Source: Lama guanicoe
Lineage: Eukaryota
Direction of reading: 5' to 3'
DNA length: 64,000 nucleotides
Assembly: GCA_013239625.1 (NCBI GenBank)
Contig: MU054338.1
Location: forward strand, 870,001 to 934,000
The notes below the pieces were generated by a model. The model saw nothing but the letters and a program-made list of their open reading frames with translations, did not search any database and had not been told where the DNA came from. Made by a program: the position numbers and the translations under genes. Each line of letters starts with the position of its first letter. Position 1 is the first letter of the stretch. Of this stretch, positions 32,943 to 45,600 are shown piece after piece.

Positions 32943-35849
32943 GGCGGTCACGTGGCGCAGCCACCCCCGCTGGGGGCGCTCCGGCGGGCCGGGCGAGCTG
33001 GCACGTGCGGGCGCGGCCGCAGGTAGGTGCCCGCGGCGCCCCGGGCCCTCGGTGTGCTAAGGCGTCCCGCCCGGGGCCCCGCCTCGGGGCCGCCGTCCCT
33101 CCCCCCGAGGACCCTTGCCCCAGAGCTGGGCTTCGGACTCCCGCCCGCTTCCCACGTCGGGTCTTCGCCCTCACCTGGGACCCTGCCTGCTTGGAAGCCC
33201 CCCGAGAGGTCATGGGCACCCATCTCCCACAGCACGGGAGTGTGCCCGAGTCGAGAATGGGCCCCGTGGTAGTGTTTCCAGACTTGGGCTGGTTTCCGTG
33301 GGCCAGGGTCCTCAGATGGGCGCAGCCTCGCTCTAATGCTCAGCCCACGGCGCCCACCTCCAAAGCCGGCCTGTCCCAGCGGCCCTTTGGGGCCTTCTTT
33401 TCTCCTTTGGGGCGGAGGAGCCTTCTGGCTTCCCGCTGTGCGGTTTCTTTTGGTAAATGGATGGGCTGGGCGCAGGATGGACCCAGCCTGGACAGGCGTA
33501 CTGGAGTCTCCAAGAGGACACTGGCCCATTCCCTGCTTGGCTGCAGAACCTCAGGCCAGTTGCATGGGCTCTCGAGGTGGGAGGGGTCGGCCTCTCCCCT
33601 GGGTCCACTGCCAGCCTCACCCGACATGGGAACCTACCCTCGACCTGAGCTATCGCTAAGCCACACTGTCCCTGACTAGAGGGTCCTTCACCTCCTGTCA
33701 CTTCTTTTCCCACACTCTGGCTTCCCTGGCAGGTTTCCCCACCTCCCCTATCCATTGAAGCTTTCAGCCCCCTGCCTCCTTGGTCCCTGTTCCTGGAATG
33801 CTTTTTCCCTCTAATGTCTTTCCTGACCCCAGGCCACATCCAGTCCAGTTTCTCTTGGGGTCCCAGACTTCTCTTTTGTGTGCTTGAATGCTAGGAAATA
33901 TTAGTTACTTTATCATAATTTATGTCTAATCCCCTCCTGCTGAGACTGGGTTCCTGGAGGCAGGCCCTGGACCTGCAGATCTGCTGTGCTCCCAGTGTGT
34001 GTGACAGGCATTCCCAGTGTGTGTTCCAGCCCCAGGCTTTGTCCTGTCTCCCCACAGAAAGTTCCACTGGCTGTAGCTGGCATTCAAGGCCCAGCATGAC
34101 CTGCCCTGGCCCACCTAGCCAGCCTCCAGTCCCCCTAGCGCCTCCTGGGGTCCCTTACCATCACTGCCTTTTCTTAGGGCCAGGTCTTGGCACCTGCTTC
34201 CCCTCCCTTCCTGAGACCCCACCTAGGGTGGCATACTGGGTGCAGGGGGTCAGTGCTGAGAAAGGTGCTCAGTGAGGGGAGGAGAGTAGTGTCGGGCCCT
34301 TGATGGTGATAGGTGGGGAAGAGACCACAGTGGCCTGCAGGGGATCAGCTTGTGCACACGCACAAACGTTCCTTAAAGCACCCCAGCCCTTCGGGCACTG
34401 TGGAGAGGTCTTCAGAGGAGCCAAGTGCAGGGTCTCTTGTGTCCTGGGCTCAGCCACTTGTCCTCCCAGGGTGGCTTTCCCTTCCCTGCCTGCCTTCCTG
34501 CTTTCTGGCTCCCCAACCCTGGTTCAGCTCACACCTCCCTCCCCCTGGGGGCCATGGGGCGGGGGAGGCAGCATCTGATGATGAGGGAGAGACTGAACTA
34601 CAGAGAGACCTGGGGAAACGGCTCCCATGCCAGCCCATGGCTGTGGCTGGGAAAGACCAGGCCACCTAGGTGGGGGGTGGGCAGGTGGGCTCTGCTCAGG
34701 ACACAGATGTCCGGCTACCAAGAAGCTGAGAAAGGGTGAGAGTGAACAAGAGAGGGCTTAGGAGTGAACAACACAGTAGCGGGAGTTCAGACTTCAGCGG
34801 GAGCCTAGAAGAATCAAGTGGGAGATACCTCCCAGAAAGTCAGGCAAAGAGACAAGAGGTGGAAAGTGGAAGAGAAAAGAGGAAATAGAAAAACAGCCCA
34901 AGAGTTCCAGGGAGAACAGAGGGAGAGTGCAGGGAAGTTGTCCATGAAATAATGGAAGGGATGGCGAGGCCAGAGCCTGCAAATAGCTGGGACCCCACAG
35001 CTTGTCCTGGGAACATACGTTAGGGGTCCTGGGGCCCCAAGCACTTCCAAGCCACATTACAAAGGATCGGGAAGAAGGCCTGGGTTCTGAGGGAAAGTGA
35101 AAGCTGACCTCAAGAGGTCCACATCAAGTGGGGATCAAGGAGGAATCGAGACGTTTTAGGCCTGCAGGTCATCACGTTAGTTTAGCATACTGCAGGATGC
35201 ACTCCAGGAAAATGAGGGAGTGAGTCAATGAAGAAACAGGTCCTGCCACAGGACGGTGAAGTAAGTGGGGCTGGAAGGTCATCTAGAGGGTTTGACTGTG
35301 TCGAAGGCCATTGTGCGTGGCAGGGGAACTGACCGTCAGGAACAAAGACAACGATTTTAAAAGGTGGCTGTCAGGCATCAAATGGACTAGGAGTGAAGAG
35401 AGAAAAGGGGGATGGGGACTCCAGGGTCTTGATTTCCCAGCGTGCGGTCAGGGACATGTGAACACTGACCTGCTGGATGTTTGCACAGATCTGTCCAGAA
35501 TGGCCCTGTGGTGATGCATTTTAAAAGTCCTTTTAGAATTGTAAACCGCCCCCCAGCTCTGTAAGTGATTTGCATGCTGAAGTATTTGGGTGGCAGAGAA
35601 CGGTGTCGGAGTGTGCTTGGAATGCACCAGAAATGAGATGGAGGGAGGAGGAACAGAAAGATGGAGTGGTTAACAGATGTGAATGAGGCCACAAGGGAAA
35701 TAGTGCTGGACCCCAGAGCAGGGTCCCTCCCCCTGGGCGCTGTGGACACCAGGTCACCCTCTGGGGGGCGTCTCAGGCTATGTGGGGTGTGGAGCAATTT
35801 CCCTGGCCCCACCCACTCAATGCCAGGGGTCCCCTCCCCGCCTCCCCTA

Positions 35850-36280
35850 TTAGTTTTCTGTGGCCCTGACAAGTTGCCAAGCACATTGGTGCTTAAAACA
35901 CCAACTTACTCTCTCGGTTCTGGAGCCTAGAAGTGCGACATCACAGCGTCACCGGGCTGTTTGCTCCCTGAGGGCTCCAGGGGAGGGTCCGTCCTGCCTC
36001 TTCCAGCACCTGGGGGCTGCCTGCAACCCTGCGTGTCCCTTGGCTTGTGGCCACGTCACTCCAGTCTGTGCCTCTGTGGTCTCATGCCTTCATTGCCCCC
36101 CGCTGCCGTGTCTGTGTTCTCTCTTATGAGGGCACCAGCTGTTGGACTCAGGGCCACTCTACTCTGTGAGCTCATCTCAACTAACGATGTCTGCCAAGAC
36201 CCTGTTCCCACAGACGGTCACCTTCACAGGTGTAGAGGTTGGGAAAAGGACATGTTTTTCAGGGGGACAGGCAGTACACC
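35850..36280 (-). mobile_element. MaLR LTR (MLT1-like), apparently inside a MER20 fragment
   Basis: MLT1 motifs reversed; MER20-like flanks. Confidence 0.55.
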
Positions 36281-36689
36281 ACACCTCCCCAGTGTGACAA
36301 CCCCAGATGTCTTCAGACATGTCCCCCGCGTGCAGTCATCTGGCTGAAAACCATCTGCAGTGGGTGTAGGTGGGGGTGGGTGGGGGCGCTGGACCCAACA
36401 GTTCTCTCAACCCTGCTCTGAGTGTAACAGTTCTCGTGGAAACTTGGAATGAAACACTGTCACAGGGAGGTGGGGACAGGGAGTCTGGGAGGTGACATGG
36501 CCCCACCACCATTCCTGAGGCCAGGTGTTGGCACCTCTGGGCTTCATGTGACTATTTGGCGTATCTCAAAACCTTCTGTAATGAAAAAAATATATCTTTT
36601 TACTTAAAGGAAGTCCTTTGTGATTCATTTGGAGATGTCTGCAGATGGAAACAGCATAAAATGCCCCAGGGTGGGGAGTCAGAGGGCCT

Positions 36690-36810
36690 GGAGGGATAAT
36701 TATTTTATTGGTTTTCTTTTCCCCTTTGTTTTTTATAGAGGGACTGGGGATTGAACCTAGGCCCCTGCGCATGCTAAGCACGCGCTCTACCACTTGAGGT
36801 ATACCTCCCT
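36690..36810 (-). mobile_element. tRNA-Ala-derived SINE (Vic-1-like)
   Basis: A and B boxes on the reverse strand. Confidence 0.8.
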
Positions 36811-37020
36811 CTGTTTTTTAGTTTTTAAATGTGTGGAGGCCACACTGATGAAGACAGCCGCTTCCTGGGGGCCTGGTGCTGTCTGGCCACGTGTGGGCAG
36901 CAAGGCTCAGCAGGAGCCCGGGTCTGAGTTTGGCCTCCCGGCACCCCTCCAGTGTTGCCCAATGTGGGATGGCATTGAGGCCTCCTCTGCAGTCACATTT
37001 TGAGAGAATAAGAAATAGTT

Positions 37021-37159
37021 GGGGGCGATGGTATGGCTGCATTGGTAAAATGCTTGCTTAGCATGCATGAGGTCCTGGGTTCAATCCCCACTACCTCCGT
37101 CAAAAAAATGAAAGTAAATAAACCTAATTTACCTCCTCACCACCAAAAAAAAAAAAAAA
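37021..37159 (+). mobile_element. tRNA-Ala-derived SINE (Vic-1-like)
   Basis: GCTTAGCATGCATGAGGTCCTGGGTTCAATCCCC, aaataaacctaatt, poly(A). Confidence 0.85.
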
Positions 37160-37267
37160 GAAAGTCAAAGGAAGGAACTTTATTGCCAAAGAATATACGC
37201 CTTTCCTGCATAATTTCCATTTTCAGTCTTCTCTGGCTAAGAAAACGGCGTGTGCGGGGAGGTGGCA

Positions 37268-37360
37268 GGGAGGGCGCAGCTGAGCGGTAGGGTGCGTGCT
37301 CAGCGCGCAAGAGGTCCCGGGCTCGGCCCCATTAAAAACCAACCAACTAGCCGGCCTAAG
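37268..37360 (+). mobile_element. tRNA-Ala-derived SINE, strongly GC-shifted copy
   Basis: Colinear with the sibling copies but with many A/T to G/C changes. Confidence 0.7.
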
Positions 37361-37699
37361 CACTCCTGCCCAGAAGGCGGACGAACGAATTAGCAGGTGC
37401 CCTAGAAGCCGCTGGAGGATCGGCTGGAGGCCACTTCTGTGAATCAGGTTGGGTGTTTTGAGATAAAATTTACACGCCAGCAAAGGCACCTGTTTCCACT
37501 GCCCCGTGGGTGAGCGCCACTTGCTGGATAAACACTGCTGGGCCCCAGCCTCGCGGAGTCCCCTGCCCCTTTGCTGTGCGCCCACCCCTCTCTGGTCCCC
37601 TCTGGTCACCGTGGACCAGCTGTGCCTTTTCTAGGGTTTTAGGTACATAGAATTGCTTTGATTTCTCTCTTGGGGTACGTTTGTTGCACTTGGCCTAAG

Positions 37700-37804
37700 C
37701 TAATTTTTGTCCCTCTTTATTTTTTAATGGAGGTACTGGGGACTGAACCCAGGAACTCGTGTGTGCTAAGCATGTGCTCTACCACTGAGCTCTACCTTCC
37801 CCCC
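37700..37804 (-). mobile_element. tRNA-Ala-derived SINE (Vic-1-like)
   Basis: A and B boxes on the reverse strand. Confidence 0.8.
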
Positions 37805-37984
37805 AGTTTCTGTCCTTTTTTAGAGAGTCCCCAACAGGTGACTATGTATCCATCCTCCTTCACAGCCCCCTGGGCCCTCTCTCTCCCCAAGGCAGCCTCT
37901 CTCCAAGCAGGCTCCCCACACCTCTCGGGCTGGCCGGGATCTGTGCACAGATATCGGGTTCCCTGAGCCTCTTAAATTGTCTTT

Positions 37985-38820
37985 CTTTTTTTCAACTGAG
38001 ATATCACGCACGTTGAAATTTACCCTTTAAAAGTAGACAATTTAGTGGTTTTTAGTAAACCTGAAAGCTGTGCAAGCATCACTGCTATCAATGCTAGAAC
38101 GTTGCCATCAGCCAAGAAAAGGAGCCCGGCCCCCACAGCCCCAGCCCCGGCCGCCGTCCATCTAGGGCTCCCTGCCTGTCATGTGTCGCACGTGGGAGCC
38201 ACACAGGGTGTGGCCGTCTCAGTCCGGGTTCCAGAGAAACAGAGCCAACAGCACGCAGTTGGATGTGCTCGAGAGGTTTACTATGGGAAGTGGCTCTCGT
38301 GCTGACGGAGGCCGAGGGCCCTCCATCTGAGTCCACAGCTTGGTGGCCCAGGAGGGCCAAGCGTGTTTTAGTCCGAGGCCAGGGGCTGGAGAACCAGGGG
38401 GTCCGAGGTCCGGGGCTGGGAAAAGAGGGGCGTCCCAGCTCAGGAAGAGAGAATTTGCCCTCCTGCTGCCTTTTTGTTCCACTTGTGCTGCTGTGGACCG
38501 GATGATGCCCACGCTGGTGAGGGCAGACTCTCGCCTCCTGAATCCACTTTTCTCTCAGAAACATTTGCACAGACACACCCAGAAATGTCTTACCAGCTGT
38601 CTGGGGTCCCTCAGCCCAGTCAAGCTGACACCTAAAATGAACATCACAGCACCCTTCTGTGCCTGCTTCTCTCCCTGAGCGCCGTGCTCTCAGGGGCCGT
38701 CCACGTGGGAGCAGGTGTCAGGGCTGCTCTGCTTTTCATGGCTGAGTCATGTTCCGTGTGTGGAGGGACCTCGTTTGCATATCTTCGGTTGATGGACACG
38801 AGGTCGTTTCTGCTTTTTGA
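37985..38820 (-). mobile_element. L1MB-like LINE 3' end, interrupted by the MLT2-like LTR
   Basis: L1 sequence is colinear on both sides of 38216-38649. Confidence 0.65.
38216..38649 (+). mobile_element. ERVL LTR (MLT2-like) splitting an L1MB-like 3' end
   Basis: CCAGAGAAACAGA...CACAGACACACCCAGAAAT...CCCAGTCAAGCTGACACCTAAAATGAACATCACA. Confidence 0.7.
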
Positions 38821-39354
38821 GCCCCTTGAATCTTGACAAGCCTTACCTGACCTTGCAGGTGGTGCTGCTCCCCGACCCCCTGCCCCACCAGGGCTGAGAA
38901 TGGAGGGTGGAGAGGCTCCCCATCTGCTCAGTCAGTAGCCGCCAGCCCCAGGGGCCAGTGCAGCCAAAGAAACGTTTAATTGGTTCTAACCGATTTGAAC
39001 TCCTGCAGCCACATGTGGCTGGTGGCGGTCCTGCTGGAGTGTTCTAGAAATTTGCTAGTTGGTCCCTCTGCTGCAGCCGATCTTGCTGCCTCTTCTCTGA
39101 CCAGGAGCTCCCAGCTTGTCGTGGGGCATCACGGCCTCGGGTCACCCCCGGCTCCCTCCCTCTCATACCTGGTGGATCCTGAGTTCAAGCAGCTCAAGGG
39201 CTTCTGTAGCCATTGTTTGTCTCCCTGTAGGGGACAGAGGGACAGAGGCCAGGAGTCTGGATGAGCTTGTAGGTGAAAGAGGAGAGGACACAGGGCTGGG
39301 CCACATGGGCCAGGACTGCCTGGACCAGAGGGGAATCTGGTCTTCAGGGCAGTG

Positions 39355-39752
39355 TGGCCGACGGCTGCTGCCCCTGTCATCCTGGACCTCCGGACCAGCC
39401 ACCTCGCACAGCAGAGGGGACTCTGCAGGTGGGGTTAAGTTCAGTTCCCCGGGATGGGGGTGACCCTGGATCCTGAGGGACCCCGTGCCATCACAGGGTC
39501 CTCATCAGAAGGAGACGGGGGATGCTGCGCTGCTGGCGGTGAGGATGGAGGGAGGGGCCGCGAGCCAGGGATGTGGCGCCTCTAGAAGCTGGAAGAGGCA
39601 GGAGCCGCTTCTCCCTGGAGCCTCCAGAGGGACCAGCCCTGCCCAGGCCTGGGTTGAGCCCCGTGGGGCCCGAGCTGGACTCCTGACTCCAAAGCCGTGT
39701 TGTTTCCACCACTCCATCAATGGTGACGTTACAGCAGCCCCAGGAGATGCAG
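39355..39752 (+). mobile_element. MaLR solo LTR (MLT1D-like)
   Basis: Same hallmark motifs; very similar to 1850-2120. Confidence 0.75.
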
Positions 39753-40974
39753 GTGAGGGGCGTCCCAGAGGGCCAAGCAGAGCACAGTGAGGGGTAGGTC
39801 AGAAACTCCTGGCTCCCCTTGGACTGGGGCCGCAGCGCACCAGTTAAAAGGACACAGGCGGGTGGGTGGCCAGTGGCTCAGAAACCCAGCTGCCCAGCAG
39901 GTGGCACTGGAGGCGCTGGAGCTGCGCTGCTGGTGGGGGACTCTGTGGAGAAAATTCAGGAGAGCCTGGAGCTGGGGAAGTGGCAGCGCGGAGGGCTTTA
40001 TGGCGGGCAGGGGGCACCTACCCATCAGCCAGGCGCTGAGCCACCCAGGAGCCTGGCCACGCCCCACCTTCTGGGGTCCCGAGGTCAGTGGCCACTCAGT
40101 CTCGCAGTGGCCGGAGGCTGGGCCTGGTTAGCTGCGTGGGCACTGGAGTCAGGGAGACCCAAGGTCTCAGCCAGACCTGGCCTCTTCCCAGTTGGTGGCC
40201 CAGGCAAGGTGCTGAAATGAGCCTGCCCTCCCCTGTAGAAACTGAGGCTAATTCTGGTGGGCGGGGCTGCCTATAGAGACAACACACATGGAAGGGCCAC
40301 TGGAGGGTGGGAGCAAGACAGAGACCCCCCATTCAGTGGGGGGAAGGGATCCTGGCAACCAAGGCCCTGAGCAGCTGTGGATGGGGGTCCAGGCAGCCGG
40401 GGAGGGGCTGTACCCCCTGGGCAGGGCAGACCCTCTGCTGCCTGCAGACTCTGGCCAGGGTGGCTGGTGGGGTGAGGGGCCAGGGTCCTCCCAGCTCGTG
40501 GCCCCAGCCTTTAGGGTGGGATAAAAGTCTGCAGTGACCACTGGGCCAGGAGTGGCAGAGAGGGGACCGGTGTGGCTGATGTCCTCAGGACCCCTCCCCA
40601 GTCACTGTCAGCAGTGGCCCAGGGGGCCCCAGGGTCTGAGGGCAGGAGGCTCCTTGGGAGCCCGCTTGGGGGCTGCAGGCCCAGCTCAGCTGCCCCCGCC
40701 CCAGGCCCCAAGTTGGGCTGGAGGCGTCCCTCTGCTGGGCACCTGGCACAGACCCCACCCCGGAGACCTAGGACGGGTCCTCGTCTCTCAGGAGGCAGGG
40801 GGCCTCCAAAGGAGCCCAGGAGCCTGTAGGCCTGGCTTGCAAGCCAACACCGCTGTCTACCCTTCCCCGCTGGAGAGGTCAACCCCCCACCATCCCCTTC
40901 TGTCCTCCAGCCCAGTGCAAGAAAGTCCCTGGCACCGACAAAAAGCTCGGGATTCTGATAAACCGAGACCCCAG

Positions 40975-42333
40975 ACCACACTGCAGGACGTGTTTTATTC
41001 GGCGCTGCACACAGGGGCTTCCCGCGGCTCCACCAGGCTCCCCCTCAGTGCTGCAACCTGGGCCGAGGGGCCTTCCTGGGGTCGTGGCAGCCCGGCCCTG
41101 GATGGGTACTGCAGCCCCAAAGGCCAGCGCTCAGTCCTAGGGGCTTTGTGCTTTGGGAGGATGCGGTCAGCCCGACCTTCCAGGCCAGTGTCCTTGGAGG
41201 GAGGGGCAAGCCACAGCCCCGAGGTGCTCCCACTGTCACCCTGCCTGGCAGGCTCACCGCAGCACAGGGTGTCTGGTCAAAGGAGGCAGCGACTTGGGCC
41301 CCTCCCAGCAGTACGGCTGCAGGGCTGCTGGGCACTGGGGATGCACTGGCAATGCACTGGCCCACAGCTTGTGTCTTTGGGCCAATGGAGTGCCAGGGCC
41401 ACCCCAAGGGCATCCTGGGACCGAGGGGAGGGTGCTGGCCCAGGCTCCACTCAGAGCAGTGGACACCCCCCTCACCAGGGGCACTTGGCGCTGGGGGGGG
41501 GGGCAGCACGTCCCCGACAGCCTCCCTGCCCAACGTTCCGCGGAGGCTGCTCCCTGGGCCCCAGGCAGCATGAGGCCCCAAGCCCACCAGCTGGGCACCA
41601 CTGGTCCTGCCCTCCCAGGCAAAGCTGAGGCTTGGAGGCTGGTGGGCGGCAGCGCTGCCGCGGAGCCCTGGCCCAGCGAGTCCGGCCACCAGTGCTCCCG
41701 GCCGCAAGCAGTTCGTCCAGGGCACTGACCCTCAGGCAGCGCCAGCCTGGCTGCAGACTGAGATTTTCAGGCTCAAAGGCCAAGGTCCTGTCCGTGTGCA
41801 GCAAACACAGAAGCTTAAGTAGCCACGTGGACGTCCAGCCTCGTTTGTACCACGGGTTTATTGAAGGAAAACGTCTGGGTTGTGCCGTTTGCTTTCGGGT
41901 ACTCTCCGAGTCGCCATGGCTCTGCCCAGCTCGGGGCACCGGAGAGCCATCCTGCACCCTCTCCTGAAGGGTGGACACGTGGTCCGGAATATCATCCATC
42001 ACGTGCACAGGTCGGAAGTGAGACCGTTCCAGAAAATGTTTCCCCAGGCCCATGGGGAACCTTGCAGGCTGCCCGGTGGCAGTGGCTGCGGGGACCAGGC
42101 TGGCCTGAGCCTGGCGTGGAGCAACTGGTGCCTACAGACCTGGCCCCTTCAGAGCAACACAGCCGTGGGGGCCTGGCAGGTTAGAGACCGTCCTTCAGCC
42201 GCGCCCCCGAGGCCTGGCGGGGAGGGCACGCCTGGGCAGGGCAAGGAGGGGCCGGGCCAGCGAGCCTGGTCCCAACTCAGGAGGGCCGAGCCTGCAGGCG
42301 GCCCAACGCAGGCAGGGCAGGGCGGGGCAGGCT
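40975..42333 (-). other. MBD3: MBD3 non-coding terminal exon (3' UTR) with two poly(A) signals
   Basis: Donor AG|gtgctt 5 nt after the stop; branch-like CTGAC plus ctctcctgtctccgcag| acceptor at 42334; AATAAA at 41857-41862 and 40994-40999. Confidence 0.65.
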
Positions 42334-42454
42334 CTGCGGAGACAGGAGAGGGCGCCGTCAGTGCCTGACCAGGCCTGTCCTCCAAGGAGACCAGAGCTCT
42401 CATGGAGGTGCCCGGACCAGCCCTGACCCCTGCGGTCACTGCCAAGCACCTGCT

Positions 42455-42653
42455 CTAGACATGCTCCATCTCCTGGTCCTGGTCCGGCTCCTCCTCCTCA
42501 TCCTCCTCCTCATCCTCCTCCTCATCGTCGGCGCCCACCTTATCCAGCGGTGCCTCCCCGTCCCGGGCCAGCTCCTCCACATGGGCCAGCATGTCGGCCA
42601 TCAGTGCCTCCTCCAGCCGCTTGCGGACCTGCTGCACCAGCTCCTCCTGCTTC
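42455..42653 (-). CDS. MBD3: MBD3 exon 6
   Basis: KQEELVQQ...EMEHV*. Confidence 0.95.
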
Positions 42654-45600
42654 CTGGGGATGCATGGACCCGCTTGACAGGGCACCTCCCCGTCTCCAGG
42701 GAGACCAGGGCGCAAGGCCAGGATGCAAGGACGTGCAGACACACAGGGCCAGTACCTCTCAGAGCCCCACTTCTCCATCTGGCGTGGCCTTCTGGACGGC
42801 GCACCCCACCTCCGCCAGGCCGAACCCCAGACCTCCCCACCCCCGTCTGCCGCTGTCCCTGGTCGAGGCTGGTGCCTGTGATGCCCGAGGGGGTTTGCAA
42901 AGAAAAAAGACAAGCGAATGTCGAGCCCTCAAGTCTAGCCAGAGCACCTCTCGTCCTGGGGTGATGGGTCCTCATAGGAGAGATGAGCTGTCCCTGCTTC
43001 TGTTTTCTGTCACCGAGGCCGAGAGAGCTGCCATCAGCCTAGTCAATGAGACCGCTGGGCCCCCGCCCTGCAGCCTCACGCCGTGGACCTGACGTCTGTG
43101 TCTGTGCCGGCCTGGCCCTCCCGTCAGCCCTGTGCGGGCCCTGCCCGCTGCACCCATCTTCCTCCAGACCTGGGCCTGCACATTTCACTTCAGGGCCGCT
43201 TCCATTCCGAGGGTTTCGGTGCAGCTCTAACGACCCATCCTGGCCTCCTTCCTTATGCTCTCAACGCCCTCTCCTGCCCTTTCCCTTGGGATGAGCTATC
43301 AGGGGTGTGGTCTCAGCCCGGTGCCCTCACCTCCCAGGGCCCCGCCCCGCCCTAATGCCCCTGCACAGGGTGCCAGAGCCACACCTCTTGATCTCAGCAG
43401 GGCACCAAGGGCTCCAGAGCCCAACAAGACACGCATCCCACCATCCCGGTGCTCCTAGACACCTCCTGCCCAGAGCCAGTTCCTGCCACCTTCCGCAAGC
43501 CCTCCCCAGACGGCTCCATTTGCACCTGGACGCCACCCACAGGGTCCTGCCCAGTGCAGGCCCAGCACCCAGGCCCGGGGCACGTACCACTTCCCCCGAC
43601 CCCACCCTCCCTGTTCCTGCACGACCTCCAGGCTCCCCAGTCCTCCTCAAGGCCTCACGTGCCCCAAGGGTGGGCTTGACCCTCACAGAGCCTGGCACAG
43701 GCGACCCACCCACGTGGAGAGCACTGCCCACTGCCAAGAACCCTGCCGCAGCGAGGCTGCCTCAGCCCTGAAGGTGTCTGCCAGACTGAACTGAGTCCTT
43801 GTCATGAAGGCAGCGCCTAGCAGACGCTTCTCTGCAGCCCTGGCCACTGTACACCCTGGACACGTTGGAGGGGCCCAATGGTGGGGAGACCCCTGGGCAC
43901 AAGCCCGGGGGAGGGAGGCAGGGAGGGTGGGTGCTACCTGATGTCCTCGTCAGTCACCATGAAGGCCTTGCAGAGCGGCTGGGCTGTGTTGAGCCACACC
44001 CCGGGGTTCTTCTCCACGGCGGCCGAGAGCTGCCCGGTGATGGGCATGGTGCTGGTATGCAGGGCACTGGCGATAGCTGAGAGCAGCGTCTCATCCGTGC
44101 AGCCGGGCCCCACGCCTGCTGCGGCATGGGAGGGTGGTCACCGGGGCGCCCGCCCTGCTCCCTTAGCCCCAGACTCCACGCCACAGCCCCTTTAGGAGTG
44201 GGCCTGCAGTCACTCCCACGAGGCACCAGCCCTGAGTTCCCAGTGATGGCAGGGCTGTTTTCACAGCACAGAAGCAGGACCAGACCCCCGCGTCTTTTCA
44301 GGGCCCTGAGACCCACCCCGTCCTGCTGGTTCACCGCCACCAGCCATGGGGTTGACCCTGCACCATCTGCAGGGTCAGTGCTCACCAGCTGGTCCCAGGC
44401 TAGAGGGAGCAGGGGCACCTCGCCCTTGCTGACCTCTGCCCCTGTCTCTCCCTGTGGCCCAGCTTATTAATGGTCACTCTTCTGGCCTCAGACGCCCACC
44501 CTACGCCACTGCCCTGGGCAGCCAGGTCACCTTGCAAACCCTTGGGGAGGTCCATGGTTTTCACCAGCTCCTCTGCAATGTCGAAGGCATTCAAGCCGCT
44601 CAGCTTCTTCTCCCAGAAGAGCTGCAGCGACACAGACAGGTGTGAGGCTGACAAGATGGCCAGGCTGCCTGCCCTGTGTGACCTCTGACCCTATACTCCC
44701 TGGGGCTGCTCACAGCCCTGACCAGGAAACAAGGGTGCACAGGGCCCAGGGGCCATCACAGCTGGGCCACCCAGGCGGAGGAGTGCCAGCCTGTTTCTGG
44801 CAGGACGAAGACCCAGGACCAGCCTTGCTGCCAGGTGGCTTGGGGTTCCCCTTCACCTTGAAGTTGAGGGTTTGCAGGTCCCACCTCAACCCTGGGCCGA
44901 GCCACTGTCCACGACCACCACCTGATGCCACAGGGGGCCCCGGAGCCCCTGGAAGGTGCGACAAGCCCACAGCCTCAGGCTTCACCCTGAGACCTCGGGG
45001 AGAGAATCTAAGGGGGGATTACTCAATGGGGGACAGGCAGAGGCAGGTGCATGGGTTTCTGGACAGTTACCTAGCATCCCACACCCTGCCACCTCCTGGG
45101 TTCTCATAAATACACGTGGAATCATGGGTGACTCTTGGGTTTTGAAAGGCAACTTACAGAACTACACTCGGAAAACCTTATTAACACTCTCTCAATAAAA
45201 TGGATCAACCCATTCGATAGACCAGCGGGCCAAAAGCAGCCCCTGTGCCCATGCCTGGTGGGCCAGCCCTACTTCTTGTGGGACCAGGACACCCTGACCG
45301 CAGCACTGGGGCTTGGGCCCGCGGACCTGGAGTGGGGCCTGCCCGCCTGGGACTGGCCAGGGCGTGCATCTGGGCCTACCTGCCGGGGCTGTTCCACGGC
45401 CTTCTGGGGGTCACTCTTCACCTTGTTGCTGGGGTGGTTGGTGATCTTGGTCACTGGCTGCTTGAAGATGGACGCGGTCTGCCTGACCGGGAGGGCCGTG
45501 TTCAGGTCGGGTTTGCCCTGGGGAGACACGCACGCTGGCACCGGTCCCTGACACACCAGGGCGGGCCTGCAGTGGGCTTTCCCGCTCAGCGAGGACACTG

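Larger units (their letters stand above)
31750..33200 (-). promoter_or_regulatory. MEX3D CpG-island promoter and exon 1
   Basis: Very high GC and CpG; CACGTG E-boxes near 32950 and 33002. Confidence 0.8.

Noticed and set aside
31185..33679. Very long ORFs (613, 629 and 326 aa on +)
   Set aside because: They are antisense to MEX3D exon 1 and inflated by the N gap and extreme GC content; no domain is recognisable.
37021..37100. Apparent tRNA-Ala genes at the SINE loci
   Set aside because: Stems are broken and each has a SINE-type 3' extension and A tail, so these are retroposons.
40534..41628. 364-aa plus-strand ORF
   Set aside because: Non-ATG start, low-complexity Pro/Gly/Arg composition, antisense to the MBD3 3' UTR.
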